Shown: piece by piece, positions 45,862 to 54,001 of the stretch | Numbering within the stretch: the first letter of the stretch is position 1 | Layout of the letters: every line of letters starts with the position of its first letter | DNA from: a candidate division FCPU426 bacterium | GTDB taxonomy: Bacteria > Oederibacteriota > Muellerivitia > Muellerivitales > Muellerivitaceae | NCBI GenBank assembly: GCA_963830915.1 | Contig: CAWHOE010000035.1 | Location: 1 to 64,000, forward strand | Direction: 5' to 3' | DNA: 64,000 nt | Notes under the pieces: model-generated | The model's input: the letters and a program-made list of their open reading frames with translations, nothing else | Databases searched by the model: none | Told to the model about the DNA's origin: nothing | Made by a program: the position numbers and the translations under genes

Positions 45862-46413
45862 TTACTTAGAGGTCATCAGTACCAGGGATTCAACAGAGCG
45901 TTGTATCTCGGAAAGGTCGAACGGTTTCAAAACAACCGTCAAGGGTCCTAATTTCATGGCCTCGACCAGCAGTTCACTGTCGGGATAAGCCGTCACAATG
46001 ACCACCATGGACCTTAAGTTCAATTTTTTGATCTCTTTGAAAACCTCGACCCCATTCATGCCTGGCATTTTCAGGTCAAGAAAAATGAAATCGTAGGCTG
46101 TTTTTGAGGCGGCCTCTAGAGCTTCCGCGCCCGTATGGGCCATCTCCACGAGGAATTTTTTCTTATCCAAGGCTTTTGAAAAGAGATCGCAGATGACGGT
46201 TTCGTCATCAACGACCAAAACCTTTCGGGGAGCCAACCCCGCGCCTTTTTCCAACCAGCGGTCAATGAGGTCTTTCTTGAAACGCCACTCGCTTCCGATC
46301 TTGAAGGAAGGGATATCTCCCTGCTGGGCAAGTTTATAGATAGTGGTGGTGGTGATCTTAAGGTAGGCCGAAAGTTCCTGGGCCGTCATGATTTCATTCA
46401 TACCAATTCGCAC
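45862..46413 (-). CDS. Excisionase-type (HTH_17) DNA-binding domain fused to a receiver domain
   Basis: IMT.QE...YLK....TIYKLA..G.IP..KIG..WRF, then VLVVDD...FLDLKMP...VTA...KPF; start may be ATG 46401. Confidence 0.85.
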   Translation of the reverse strand: MRIGMNEIMTAQELSAYLKITTTTIYKLAQQGDIPSFKIGSEWRFKKDLIDRWLEKGAGLAPRKVLVVDDETVICDLFSKALDKKKFLVEMAHTGAEALEAASKTAYDFIFLDLKMPGMNGVEVFKEIKKLNLRSMVVIVTAYPDSELLVEAMKLGPLTVVLKPFDLSEIQRSVESLVLMTSK

Positions 46414-46728
46414 CTAGTGGAATAATTTTTCGTAATAACGTGACTCATATGACTTGTAAGTAATTATAGCTCAATAAAATTCATTCAATCCCAATTCTTT
46501 ACTTGTTCCGCAATTTTCGAGGATAAGTATTAACGACAAATATTTGCCTCGGTAAATTTGAGGTGATGAATTTCGTGGAAGGACTTTGATTCACGCTGTT
46601 TTAGACGGTTTCTTTGATAGCCACTTTTCTTAAGGAAAAACAGTGACTAAGACTCCAAAGGTAACTGGAATCGTTATCCGCAGGATGGATGGATCGAGTG
46701 CCAAGACCCCAAGAACACCTATCAGGGT

Positions 46729-47058
46729 TTAGGTGTTTTTGATCACCGTTTCGATATAAGAGCGTTCGACCTCGATCTTGTTGTTCTCATTGACCTTCAC
46801 GATCAAGATGTTTTCCTTGATATCCGCTACAGTCCCGTAGATTCCCCCGCGGGTTAGAACACGGTCACCACGCTGGATGTTATTGAGCAATTCCTCTTTC
46901 TTCTTACGTTCCTTGTTCTGGGGATAGATCATCAAGAAATAGAACAAGACCATGATGAGTATGATGGGCATGAAGGAAACCAATGCGGCCATTTGGGATG
47001 ACGGTCCCGCCGCCGTAGCGGTTGCCGTTGTTTGCGCGTAAGCCATATCCATGATCAA
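46729..47058 (-). CDS. yajC: Preprotein translocase subunit YajC
   Basis: FYFLMI.PQ.K, GDRVLT.GGIYG.V. Confidence 0.93.
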   Translation of the reverse strand: MIMDMAYAQTTATATAAGPSSQMAALVSFMPIILIMVLFYFLMIYPQNKERKKKEELLNNIQRGDRVLTRGGIYGTVADIKENILIVKVNENNKIEVERSYIETVIKNT

Positions 47059-47190
47059 TTACCTCTTTTATTGGAATAATACGAACCACCATCACACATC
47101 GCAAGACCGATGGAACGCGAGTATGAAACCAAATATCGCCCGGAATTTCCAGGTCAATCTTTAGTTTTTACGCCTTAATACATCGCTTCT

Positions 47191-48000
47191 TCAATGTTCT
47201 CCCAGCACCCCATAGCGGATCTGGACCATCTTGTCATGCCGGTCGAACAAGGTCTCGGTTAGATCGTCAAAATTCAGGGGATGAGGTCTTTTGTATTTCA
47301 AAACCTTCAAACCATCCCTGTCCCCCATCCCGTCATAACTCAAATAAGGATTCAAGAAAGCGGAACGCACGTCAGAACTAGAGGATGAAAAGCTGATCCC
47401 TTCCGGGGTTTGAACCTGGAAATCCCCGTCTTTTTGGGGCGCCGTAATGGAAAGTATTCCCCGATCCTTGTTCTCATATTTCAAGAAACTCAAGTTGAGA
47501 TATTCGTAATGGTATCTGGCATAACCGGACGGGCTTCTGGCCTCGACTTTTTTGGTCATCTTCCACTCATGGTCTTTGCCGATGTCCGGGATGGTGTTGA
47601 TGGCGTAAGGAGCGCCCATGTACCAGATCTCGCCATTCAGCACATCAAGGATCAAGAGATCCTTTCGGTCCTTGTTTTCTTTGGCCAAAGTCTGGGCCTT
47701 TTTGGTCTCGTCCGCCAAAAGTTGTTCCGTTTCCATTTTCACAGTTTCATCGGTCTTTTTGACCACAGGCGTCGGCAACACGGTCATTTGGGCTTTCATC
47801 CCCTTCATTTCTAATTCCAATTTCTCGTTCTCAAGTTTCATTCTTTCTATCTCAAGCTTCTGCTTCTCGATCTCAATTTGGGTAAGGGTCGTTACGGCGT
47901 CGGCTGACGCATTAGGGGTTGGCGTCTCTTGGGCCAGGGTCGCTTTCGGCATCAGGGTCCAAATAACCAACATCAAGACCATCATAATGTTCAACTTCAT
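47191..48000 (-). CDS. Exported hypothetical protein with N-terminal coiled coil
   Basis: Signal peptide (..ATLA), TPTP motif, heptad EIEKQKLEIERMKLENEKLELE. Confidence 0.7.
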   Translation of the reverse strand: MKLNIMMVLMLVIWTLMPKATLAQETPTPNASADAVTTLTQIEIEKQKLEIERMKLENEKLELEMKGMKAQMTVLPTPVVKKTDETVKMETEQLLADETKKAQTLAKENKDRKDLLILDVLNGEIWYMGAPYAINTIPDIGKDHEWKMTKKVEARSPSGYARYHYEYLNLSFLKYENKDRGILSITAPQKDGDFQVQTPEGISFSSSSSDVRSAFLNPYLSYDGMGDRDGLKVLKYKRPHPLNFDDLTETLFDRHDKMVQIRYGVLGEH

Positions 48001-48055
48001 GCTTTACCTCTTGGCCGGGTTCATTCCGGGATTCTCGTTATTTTTCCTCAAAAAC

Positions 48056-48091
48056 AAAAAAACCCCGCCCTTTTTCAAGGGCGGGGTTTTT
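48056..48091. terminator. Intrinsic (bidirectional-type) terminator after the beta-barrel gene
   Basis: AAAAAAACCCCGCCCTT-TTC-AAGGGCGGGGTTTTT. Confidence 0.85.
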
Positions 48092-48102
48092 AGGCAAACT
48101 AA

Positions 48103-49443
48103 TTAAAACTTGTATTTCAGATCGGCCTCAGTGATCGACAAGATGCTTCCGTTGTCGATGCTGTTGTAGTTGTCATACAGAATCCCGCCTAAGCTCGGGT
48201 TGCTGATCAACTGCTCCAGCGAGTAAACGCTGACTTGGGCATCCAGTGTCCAGTTCTCGACATTGATACCAAAGCCGGTGCTAAAGGTCGAATAAGTTCC
48301 GTTTTTGCTGTAAGGGTCATTATTCCCGTAAGCGCCAGGCTGACCCTTCGTGACATCATAGTCACGATCGAAAATCGGTTTGAAGATACCAGCTCTCCAG
48401 GTCAACCACCCGGTCAACTGGCTTTCCACGCTGGCATTCCACAAAACCATCCAGCTGTTGCCTTCATATTCAGCGGTTGGCGTATAAGAATCATCGGTCA
48501 CTTTGTAGCCGTCATAAACTAACATCAGGCCACTGGCGACAACACCCTTACCACCGCTGATCTTGTGATTGATACCAGCTCCCAAATCCACCGTGAACTG
48601 ATTGGATTGATAGTGGGTCGTCGGATTACCCGTTTGGATGTCCTTCGTATTCCACTGGTCATTCCTCACATCACCCGTGACACGAACCGAGTTATCGGCG
48701 TCAACATCGTTGACCAACAAGGCTCCTACCGCGAGGGAATAGATACCATCACCCATCGCTGATTCGCCGCCCTGTATACCCGTGTCAAAGGAACCCATCT
48801 GGTAGCTCAGGTGGAAATTCGCCTGGCTGAAAGGTCCCAAATTAGCCGTTCCCAAACCAAGGTTAATACCCAAGTCTTGGGAATAGTTGTTCACGAGCGC
48901 GCCATACTCTTGGTTATCGGCGTAGTTGATCATAGCCCCAAGGTCCATACCGCTGAAGGACTTCGCCCAGAAAGCGTCAACCTTGTTTTGCGGTGTGTTC
49001 GGGTAATAATTGGCGTTGTTAGGCATATTTCCCGACCATTGCCCAGCAGGCGACCACCCGCCACCATAAGGCATGTAACGGTTATACCAATCCGCTGGCT
49101 TCTCAGACTCATTATGGTTATACATGTCCTCAAAATATGTTTGAGTGTAATAGGGCCTATTGGCATAGGCGCCGATGACTCCGACATCGCCCATGTCTTT
49201 CAAAACCCCACCCCACTCGGCGTAACCTTGGCCCCACCCGTCGTTGTACTCGGTGTCATTCAGACGGAAATCCACCGTATCCTTGTACTCCAAAGCCTTG
49301 TTCGGATACAGCCAGATCAAGTCCATATCCTCGACAAAACGAGGATCCTGGCTCATGGAATCCAAACGGGCATCGGCGTTAGCTTTCACCGCCAAGCCCA
49401 GGGCCATGAGACCCATCATCAAAAGCAATAGACCTTTCTTCAT
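48103..49443 (-). CDS. Probable outer-membrane beta-barrel protein (porin-like), likely highly expressed
   Basis: Signal peptide ending ANA, Gly/Tyr/Asn/Trp-rich amphipathic strands, C-terminal ADLKYKF, own promoter, AAGGAG SD and terminator. Confidence 0.7.
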   Translation of the reverse strand: MKKGLLLLMMGLMALGLAVKANADARLDSMSQDPRFVEDMDLIWLYPNKALEYKDTVDFRLNDTEYNDGWGQGYAEWGGVLKDMGDVGVIGAYANRPYYTQTYFEDMYNHNESEKPADWYNRYMPYGGGWSPAGQWSGNMPNNANYYPNTPQNKVDAFWAKSFSGMDLGAMINYADNQEYGALVNNYSQDLGINLGLGTANLGPFSQANFHLSYQMGSFDTGIQGGESAMGDGIYSLAVGALLVNDVDADNSVRVTGDVRNDQWNTKDIQTGNPTTHYQSNQFTVDLGAGINHKISGGKGVVASGLMLVYDGYKVTDDSYTPTAEYEGNSWMVLWNASVESQLTGWLTWRAGIFKPIFDRDYDVTKGQPGAYGNNDPYSKNGTYSTFSTGFGINVENWTLDAQVSVYSLEQLISNPSLGGILYDNYNSIDNGSILSITEADLKYKF

Positions 49444-49461
49444 GCTCTCTCTCCTTCAAGT

Positions 49462-49542
49462 TTTATCGGGTTTGTACTCCTTAGGGAAGAGTACCGACCC
49501 GTTTATCGGGCTTGCACTCCTCAGGGAAGAGTGCCATGCCCG
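49462..49542 (-). repeat. Two tandem 40-41 nt hairpin units in the leader of the beta-barrel gene
   Basis: CGGGCATGGCACTCTTCCCTGAGGAGTGCAAGCCCGATAAA and CGGGTCGGTACTCTTCCCTAAGGAGTACAAACCCGATAAA (minus strand) with compensatory changes. Confidence 0.85.
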
Positions 49543-49714
49543 TACTACCTACTGAACCCTCAGCCTCGTGGGCCGAAAACCGCTAAAGAACCATTCCACA
49601 AGGGCCTTTCAACCAGGCCCATGACTTAGAGCCACCGGTTTATCAGCCCAACCTTATTTCGATCAGTCTAAAGAAACCGACTGACAACAAAGCCGAACTA
49701 GAACAACAGGCCAA

Positions 49715-49743
49715 AATATAAGGGGTATGGGGGGGGCTGTCAA
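49715..49743 (-). promoter_or_regulatory. Sigma70-type promoter of the beta-barrel gene, C8 tract in spacer
   Basis: TTGACA (49743-49738), 17 bp spacer, TATATT (49720-49715). Confidence 0.7.
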
Positions 49744-49871
49744 GACGAAAAAAACCAAACCATTTAAAACACCGCAATATGCTGTGTTTTTTTTGGTTTA
49801 AATGTCTAATCATGGTGCTTTATATAAATATGCTTAATTTATAAGGATTTATTCCAAGTATAAAAAAGGGT

Positions 49872-51722
49872 TTATTCAACCGTAACAGACTTGGCCAAAT
49901 TTCTTGGCTGGTCGATTTCCCTGCCCTTCAATTTGGCGATGTAATAGGCCAGAAGTTGGAGGGGCAAAATGGAGAGGATGGGGGAGAAATCCTCTGATAT
50001 TTCCGGTATTTCCAGTACATCATCGGCTCTTTTTTTAAGGGTTTTATCCCCCTTTTCGATCAAAGCGATCAGTTTTCCCGACCTGGCCTTGACCTCCTCC
50101 ACGTTATTCAGGATCTTCTCATAGACGCAAGAGGACCTTAAGGCAATAGCCACTACCGGCATCTTGGGGTCGATCAAAGCGATCGGACCATGCTTCATTT
50201 CCCCGCCCGGGTATCCTTCGGCGTGAATATAAGAGATTTCTTTGAGCTTCAAGGCCCCTTCCAGGGCAATGGGGTATTGGATACCCCGCCCAATGTACAG
50301 GAAGTTGAAGTAGGAAGCATACTTTTTGGCCACCTTCTCATAGGCCGCGCTTTGCTTTAAGACCAATGCGGCCATGGCCGGCACCCGGGAAAGCTCCTTG
50401 GCCTTCTTTTTCAACTCAGAAAGGGGCATGCTCTTACGAACCCTGGCTAAAAAGAGGACCATAAGCCAAAGAGCGCCCAGTTGGGTCGTAAAGGCCTTGG
50501 TAGAAGCCACACCAATTTCCGGTCCCGCCCTGGTCAAAAGCACGCCATCCGCTTCCCTGGTCGCCGAGCTTCCCATCACGTTACAAATAGTGACTACCTT
50601 GGCCCCCTTGGCCTTGGCTTCCCTTAAAGCCACCAGGGTGTCGACCGTTTCCCCACTTTGGGTAATGACGATCACCAAACTGTCCTTGCCGATGACCGGG
50701 TTGCGGTAACGGAACTCGGAAGCGTTGTCCACTTCCACAGGCACTCGCAGGTATTTCTCAAAAATGAATTTACCAACCAGCCCGGCAAAATAAGAAGTGC
50801 CCATAGCCAGTATGGTTACTTTTTTAAACCCACGAAGGGCGGATGAAGACCAGAAACTTCCCTCTAGAAAAACTTCTCCTGTTCTCGGGTCTAACCGGCT
50901 TGTGAAGGTATCTTCCAGGGCTCTTGGCTGTTCCATGATCTCTTTGAGCATGAAGTGCGGGTATCCGGTCTTCTCGGCTTGCTCAGCGTTCCATTGGATT
51001 CGGGATACCTTTTTCGTGACCGGCTTGCCATTCAGGATGTTGATGACCTTGGTGCCGGAAGGCGTTATCTCGACCATCTCGTTGTCTTCCAGATAATAAA
51101 CCCGCTTGGTATGGGCTAACAAGGCCGGCACATCCGAAGCCAGGAAGTTTTCCTTTTCGCCCAACCCCACCACCAGTCCCCCACCACCAGACCGGGCGCC
51201 GATGAGGGTTTCTTTTTCTCCCTCGTAGACCGCAACCACCGAATAGGTGCCTTTGATCTGGGTCAGGGCCCAACGCACCGCCTGGTTCCAGGAACGTTTC
51301 TTCAAACTCTCCTCGATCAAATGGGCCAGGACTTCGGAGTCGGTCTGGGACTTGAACCTGTGCCCCTTGGCTTGAAGCTGTTTTTTAAGGATTTGATAAT
51401 TTTCGATGATGCCATTGTGGACGACCCCGATCTTTCCACTGCAATCGGTATGGGGGTGGGCGTTGGTGTCGGTCGGATGGCCATGGGTGGCCCAACGGGT
51501 ATGACCGATTCCCGCCGTAATGGAGCTTGTTACATGGGCTTTTCGAACGGCTATGACCAAATTGCCGATCTTCCCGGCTTTTTTGATGATCTCCAGGTGG
51601 TCCTGGAGTGTCAAAAGGGCAAGTCCGGCCGAATCATAACCCCGGTATTCCAGCTTGGCCAACCCATTCAACAAAATGGGGGCGGCTGGTTTAAAACCGG
51701 TATATCCGACGATCCCGCACAT
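49872..51722 (-). CDS. glmS: Glutamine-fructose-6-phosphate aminotransferase
   Basis: MCGIVG, GHTRWATHG, VASTKAF, PRNLAKSVTVE. Confidence 0.99.
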   Translation of the reverse strand: MCGIVGYTGFKPAAPILLNGLAKLEYRGYDSAGLALLTLQDHLEIIKKAGKIGNLVIAVRKAHVTSSITAGIGHTRWATHGHPTDTNAHPHTDCSGKIGVVHNGIIENYQILKKQLQAKGHRFKSQTDSEVLAHLIEESLKKRSWNQAVRWALTQIKGTYSVVAVYEGEKETLIGARSGGGGLVVGLGEKENFLASDVPALLAHTKRVYYLEDNEMVEITPSGTKVINILNGKPVTKKVSRIQWNAEQAEKTGYPHFMLKEIMEQPRALEDTFTSRLDPRTGEVFLEGSFWSSSALRGFKKVTILAMGTSYFAGLVGKFIFEKYLRVPVEVDNASEFRYRNPVIGKDSLVIVITQSGETVDTLVALREAKAKGAKVVTICNVMGSSATREADGVLLTRAGPEIGVASTKAFTTQLGALWLMVLFLARVRKSMPLSELKKKAKELSRVPAMAALVLKQSAAYEKVAKKYASYFNFLYIGRGIQYPIALEGALKLKEISYIHAEGYPGGEMKHGPIALIDPKMPVVAIALRSSCVYEKILNNVEEVKARSGKLIALIEKGDKTLKKRADDVLEIPEISEDFSPILSILPLQLLAYYIAKLKGREIDQPRNLAKSVTVE

Positions 51723-51845
51723 AAAAGTCCTTACATGGTTTCGTTCATGGGCCCTGTGTATTTAAAAACAGGGCTTCATCAACAACTCCCGCATCTTAAC
51801 ACGCGCTACCCAACAGGAACAATTCAGGGGACAGGATATATTTTC

Positions 51846-52694
51846 TTATTCTTTAAACCCTTGGACATCGCTCAAAGCCTTGGAAAGCTCGATGAGTTTT
51901 TCCAAACCCAAGGTCTCCCCCCGGACCATAGGGTCGAGACCCGTTTTCCTCAAAGCTTCCCCAATGATATCGGGCTTTTGGCCCAAAGATTTCAGGGAGT
52001 TGGTGATGACTTTCCGGCGGGTCTGAAAGATGGCCCGGATCAGGGCAAAAAGCCTTTTCTCCCCAGCCCCGTTCAAGGGAAGTTCCGGTTTCAGGACCAG
52101 TTCGATGAAAGCCGAATCCACCTTAGGGGCCGGCTTGAAACAATGGGCCGGAACATCCAGGCATTTTCGGACCGTTGAATAATACTGGGCGCAAAGGGTC
52201 AGGGCGCCATAAGCCTTGGTCCCAGGATGGGCGACCATTCTATCCGCCACCTCCTTCTGGACCATCAGGTACACATTACGCACGATTCCGTGGTACTGGA
52301 TGAGGATCTTGGTGATCAGGGGAGTCGTCAGATAGTAGGGAATGTTCCCCGCCACGGTCAGCTTTGCCGGAGGGGGCGGAGCGGTCGTGGCCAAGTCGAA
52401 CTTGAGGATGTCCTCTTTGACCAGCCGCATTCCCGGCCTGGTCCCATATTTGCGTTCCAGCATGGCGAATAGCTTGTGGTCGATCTCCACGACCGTCAGG
52501 GGATGGCCTTTTTGGACCAACTTCTCGGTCAATACTCCGTATCCCCCGCCCACTTCCAGGAGGATATCTCCCGGAGGACATTGGATGACCGCGGCGATCT
52601 TATCAAGTATCTTTCCATCGGTCAGGAAGTTCTGCCCCGCGGATTTGCGGGGGCGGTAGGAGAATTCCTGGAACAGGGCCGAGATCTGGTCCAT
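51846..52694 (-). CDS. rsmA: 16S rRNA dimethyladenosine transferase
   Basis: GQNFL, NIPYY.T, MVQKEVA.R, F.PAPKVDS. Confidence 0.96.
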   Translation of the reverse strand: MDQISALFQEFSYRPRKSAGQNFLTDGKILDKIAAVIQCPPGDILLEVGGGYGVLTEKLVQKGHPLTVVEIDHKLFAMLERKYGTRPGMRLVKEDILKFDLATTAPPPPAKLTVAGNIPYYLTTPLITKILIQYHGIVRNVYLMVQKEVADRMVAHPGTKAYGALTLCAQYYSTVRKCLDVPAHCFKPAPKVDSAFIELVLKPELPLNGAGEKRLFALIRAIFQTRRKVITNSLKSLGQKPDIIGEALRKTGLDPMVRGETLGLEKLIELSKALSDVQGFKE

Positions 52695-53692
52695 CAGGTC
52701 CGTGCCGCCAATTTTTCGGCAAGCCTTATGGCCGATATCATGCTGGAGGGATTAGCCTTACCCTTGCCCGCGATATCGAAAGCCGTCCCGTGGTCCGGCG
52801 AGGTGCGGATAAAGGGCAGTCCTAGGGTCATATTCACCCCGGTATCGAAAGACGTCAGTTTGAAAGGGATCAACCCCTGGTCGTGGTACATGCACAAGAC
52901 CGCGTCATACTTTCCTTTTGAGACCCAGTAAAAGAGGGTGTCCGGTGGATGGGGTCCGGTCACATCCCAACCCTTTTGCCTGGCCTTTTCGATGGCCGGC
53001 TTGAGTATCTTGATCTCTTCCTTGCCGAAAGCACCATTTTCCCCGGCGTGAGGGTTCAAACCAGCCACGGCGATCCGGGGGTTCTTGATCTTGAACCAAT
53101 AGCGCATGGATTTTTGGGTCAGTTCCAGGTGTTCCATTATCTTAGGCACCGTCACTTGCCCCAAAGCTTCCCTCAAGGACATATGGATGGATTGCAGGAC
53201 GATCTTGAAGGGTCCTCCCACCATCATCATGGCGAAAGACTGGGTGTGGGAAAGATACGCCAAAAGTTCGGTGTGACCCGGGAAAGGACAACCCGCCTTG
53301 TGGATGGATTCCTTCTGGATGGGCGCAGTCACCAGGGCTGCCGCTTTGCCTTCCAATGCCATCTTGGACCCGGCGGAAATGTACCTGACCGCCGCGGCCC
53401 CCGCATTGGCTGAGATTTTCCCCATGGAAACGCCTTGCGCCCCGCCCATATCCCAAACCACCACAGGGCCCAGCTTTCCATTCTGGCCTCCGGCTGTCAA
53501 ACGGACGAGGGGTAAGCGCAAATGGAGTTTCTTGGACAAGCGGGATAGATAGGGGTAGTCCCCGATCAGGCAATAACGAGATCGGGAGCTTTTATAACAG
53601 ACGGCCAACGCTTTCAACGCCACTTCCGGGCCGACCCCGGCGGGGTCGCCCATGGAAATCGCGATCACAGGCGCCTCGGTTGGTTGGGCCAT
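52694..53692 (-). CDS. pdxA: 4-hydroxythreonine-4-phosphate dehydrogenase (PdxA family)
   Basis: MGDPAGVGPE, GHTE, LNPHAGE, MYHDQG, RTSPDHGTAFDIAG. Confidence 0.95.
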   Translation of the reverse strand: MAQPTEAPVIAISMGDPAGVGPEVALKALAVCYKSSRSRYCLIGDYPYLSRLSKKLHLRLPLVRLTAGGQNGKLGPVVVWDMGGAQGVSMGKISANAGAAAVRYISAGSKMALEGKAAALVTAPIQKESIHKAGCPFPGHTELLAYLSHTQSFAMMMVGGPFKIVLQSIHMSLREALGQVTVPKIMEHLELTQKSMRYWFKIKNPRIAVAGLNPHAGENGAFGKEEIKILKPAIEKARQKGWDVTGPHPPDTLFYWVSKGKYDAVLCMYHDQGLIPFKLTSFDTGVNMTLGLPFIRTSPDHGTAFDIAGKGKANPSSMISAIRLAEKLAART

Positions 53693-53818
53693 AGAGAATC
53701 TCCATTGGGCTTTTGAAACTAAAATTCACTTAAAACAACGACAAAAAAACTTAGCCACCGATGAACTTAGCGTGGCGTAGCCGCAACCAAAATTCAAAAA
53801 CTGCGGATGACACTATAT

Positions 53819-53979
53819 TTCCCCCTCTGAAAGAGGGGGAAGAAGGGGGAGTTAGACTTTCGGACTAACTCGGCAACGACTAATACCCCCCCTCCCCCCC
53901 TTTTTTCAAAGGGGGGAACAACTATAAACTCAGGGCCCTGAGCCTGCCTGTGGTAAGTACGTCGAACCCGTTGAAGGGG
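53819..53979. repeat. Cluster of short palindromic REP-like elements
   Basis: Inverted pair TTCCCCCTCTGAAAGAGGGGGAA / CCCCCCCTTTTTTCAAAGGGGGGAA, hairpin GAGTTAG..CTAACTC, and CCCTGAGCCT...GTTGAAGGG. Confidence 0.6.
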
Positions 53980-54001
53980 TAGTTCAAACATCTTTTAAGT
54001 T

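Noticed and set aside
45862..46413. Prophage or integrative element implied by the excisionase-like domain
   Set aside because: No integrase, att-like repeats or phage genes; the domain is fused to a receiver among housekeeping genes
51723..51845. glmS ribozyme upstream of glmS
   Set aside because: Only loose resemblance (AGCGC, GUUGAUGAAG); the conserved AGCGCC...GACGAGG core and downstream pseudoknot are not present; just one GCCCTGT/ACAGGGC hairpin
53794..53991. 65-aa ORF between PhoH2 and pdxA
   Set aside because: Translation of palindromic repeats (PPFEKRGGGG, PLFQRG); not a credible protein
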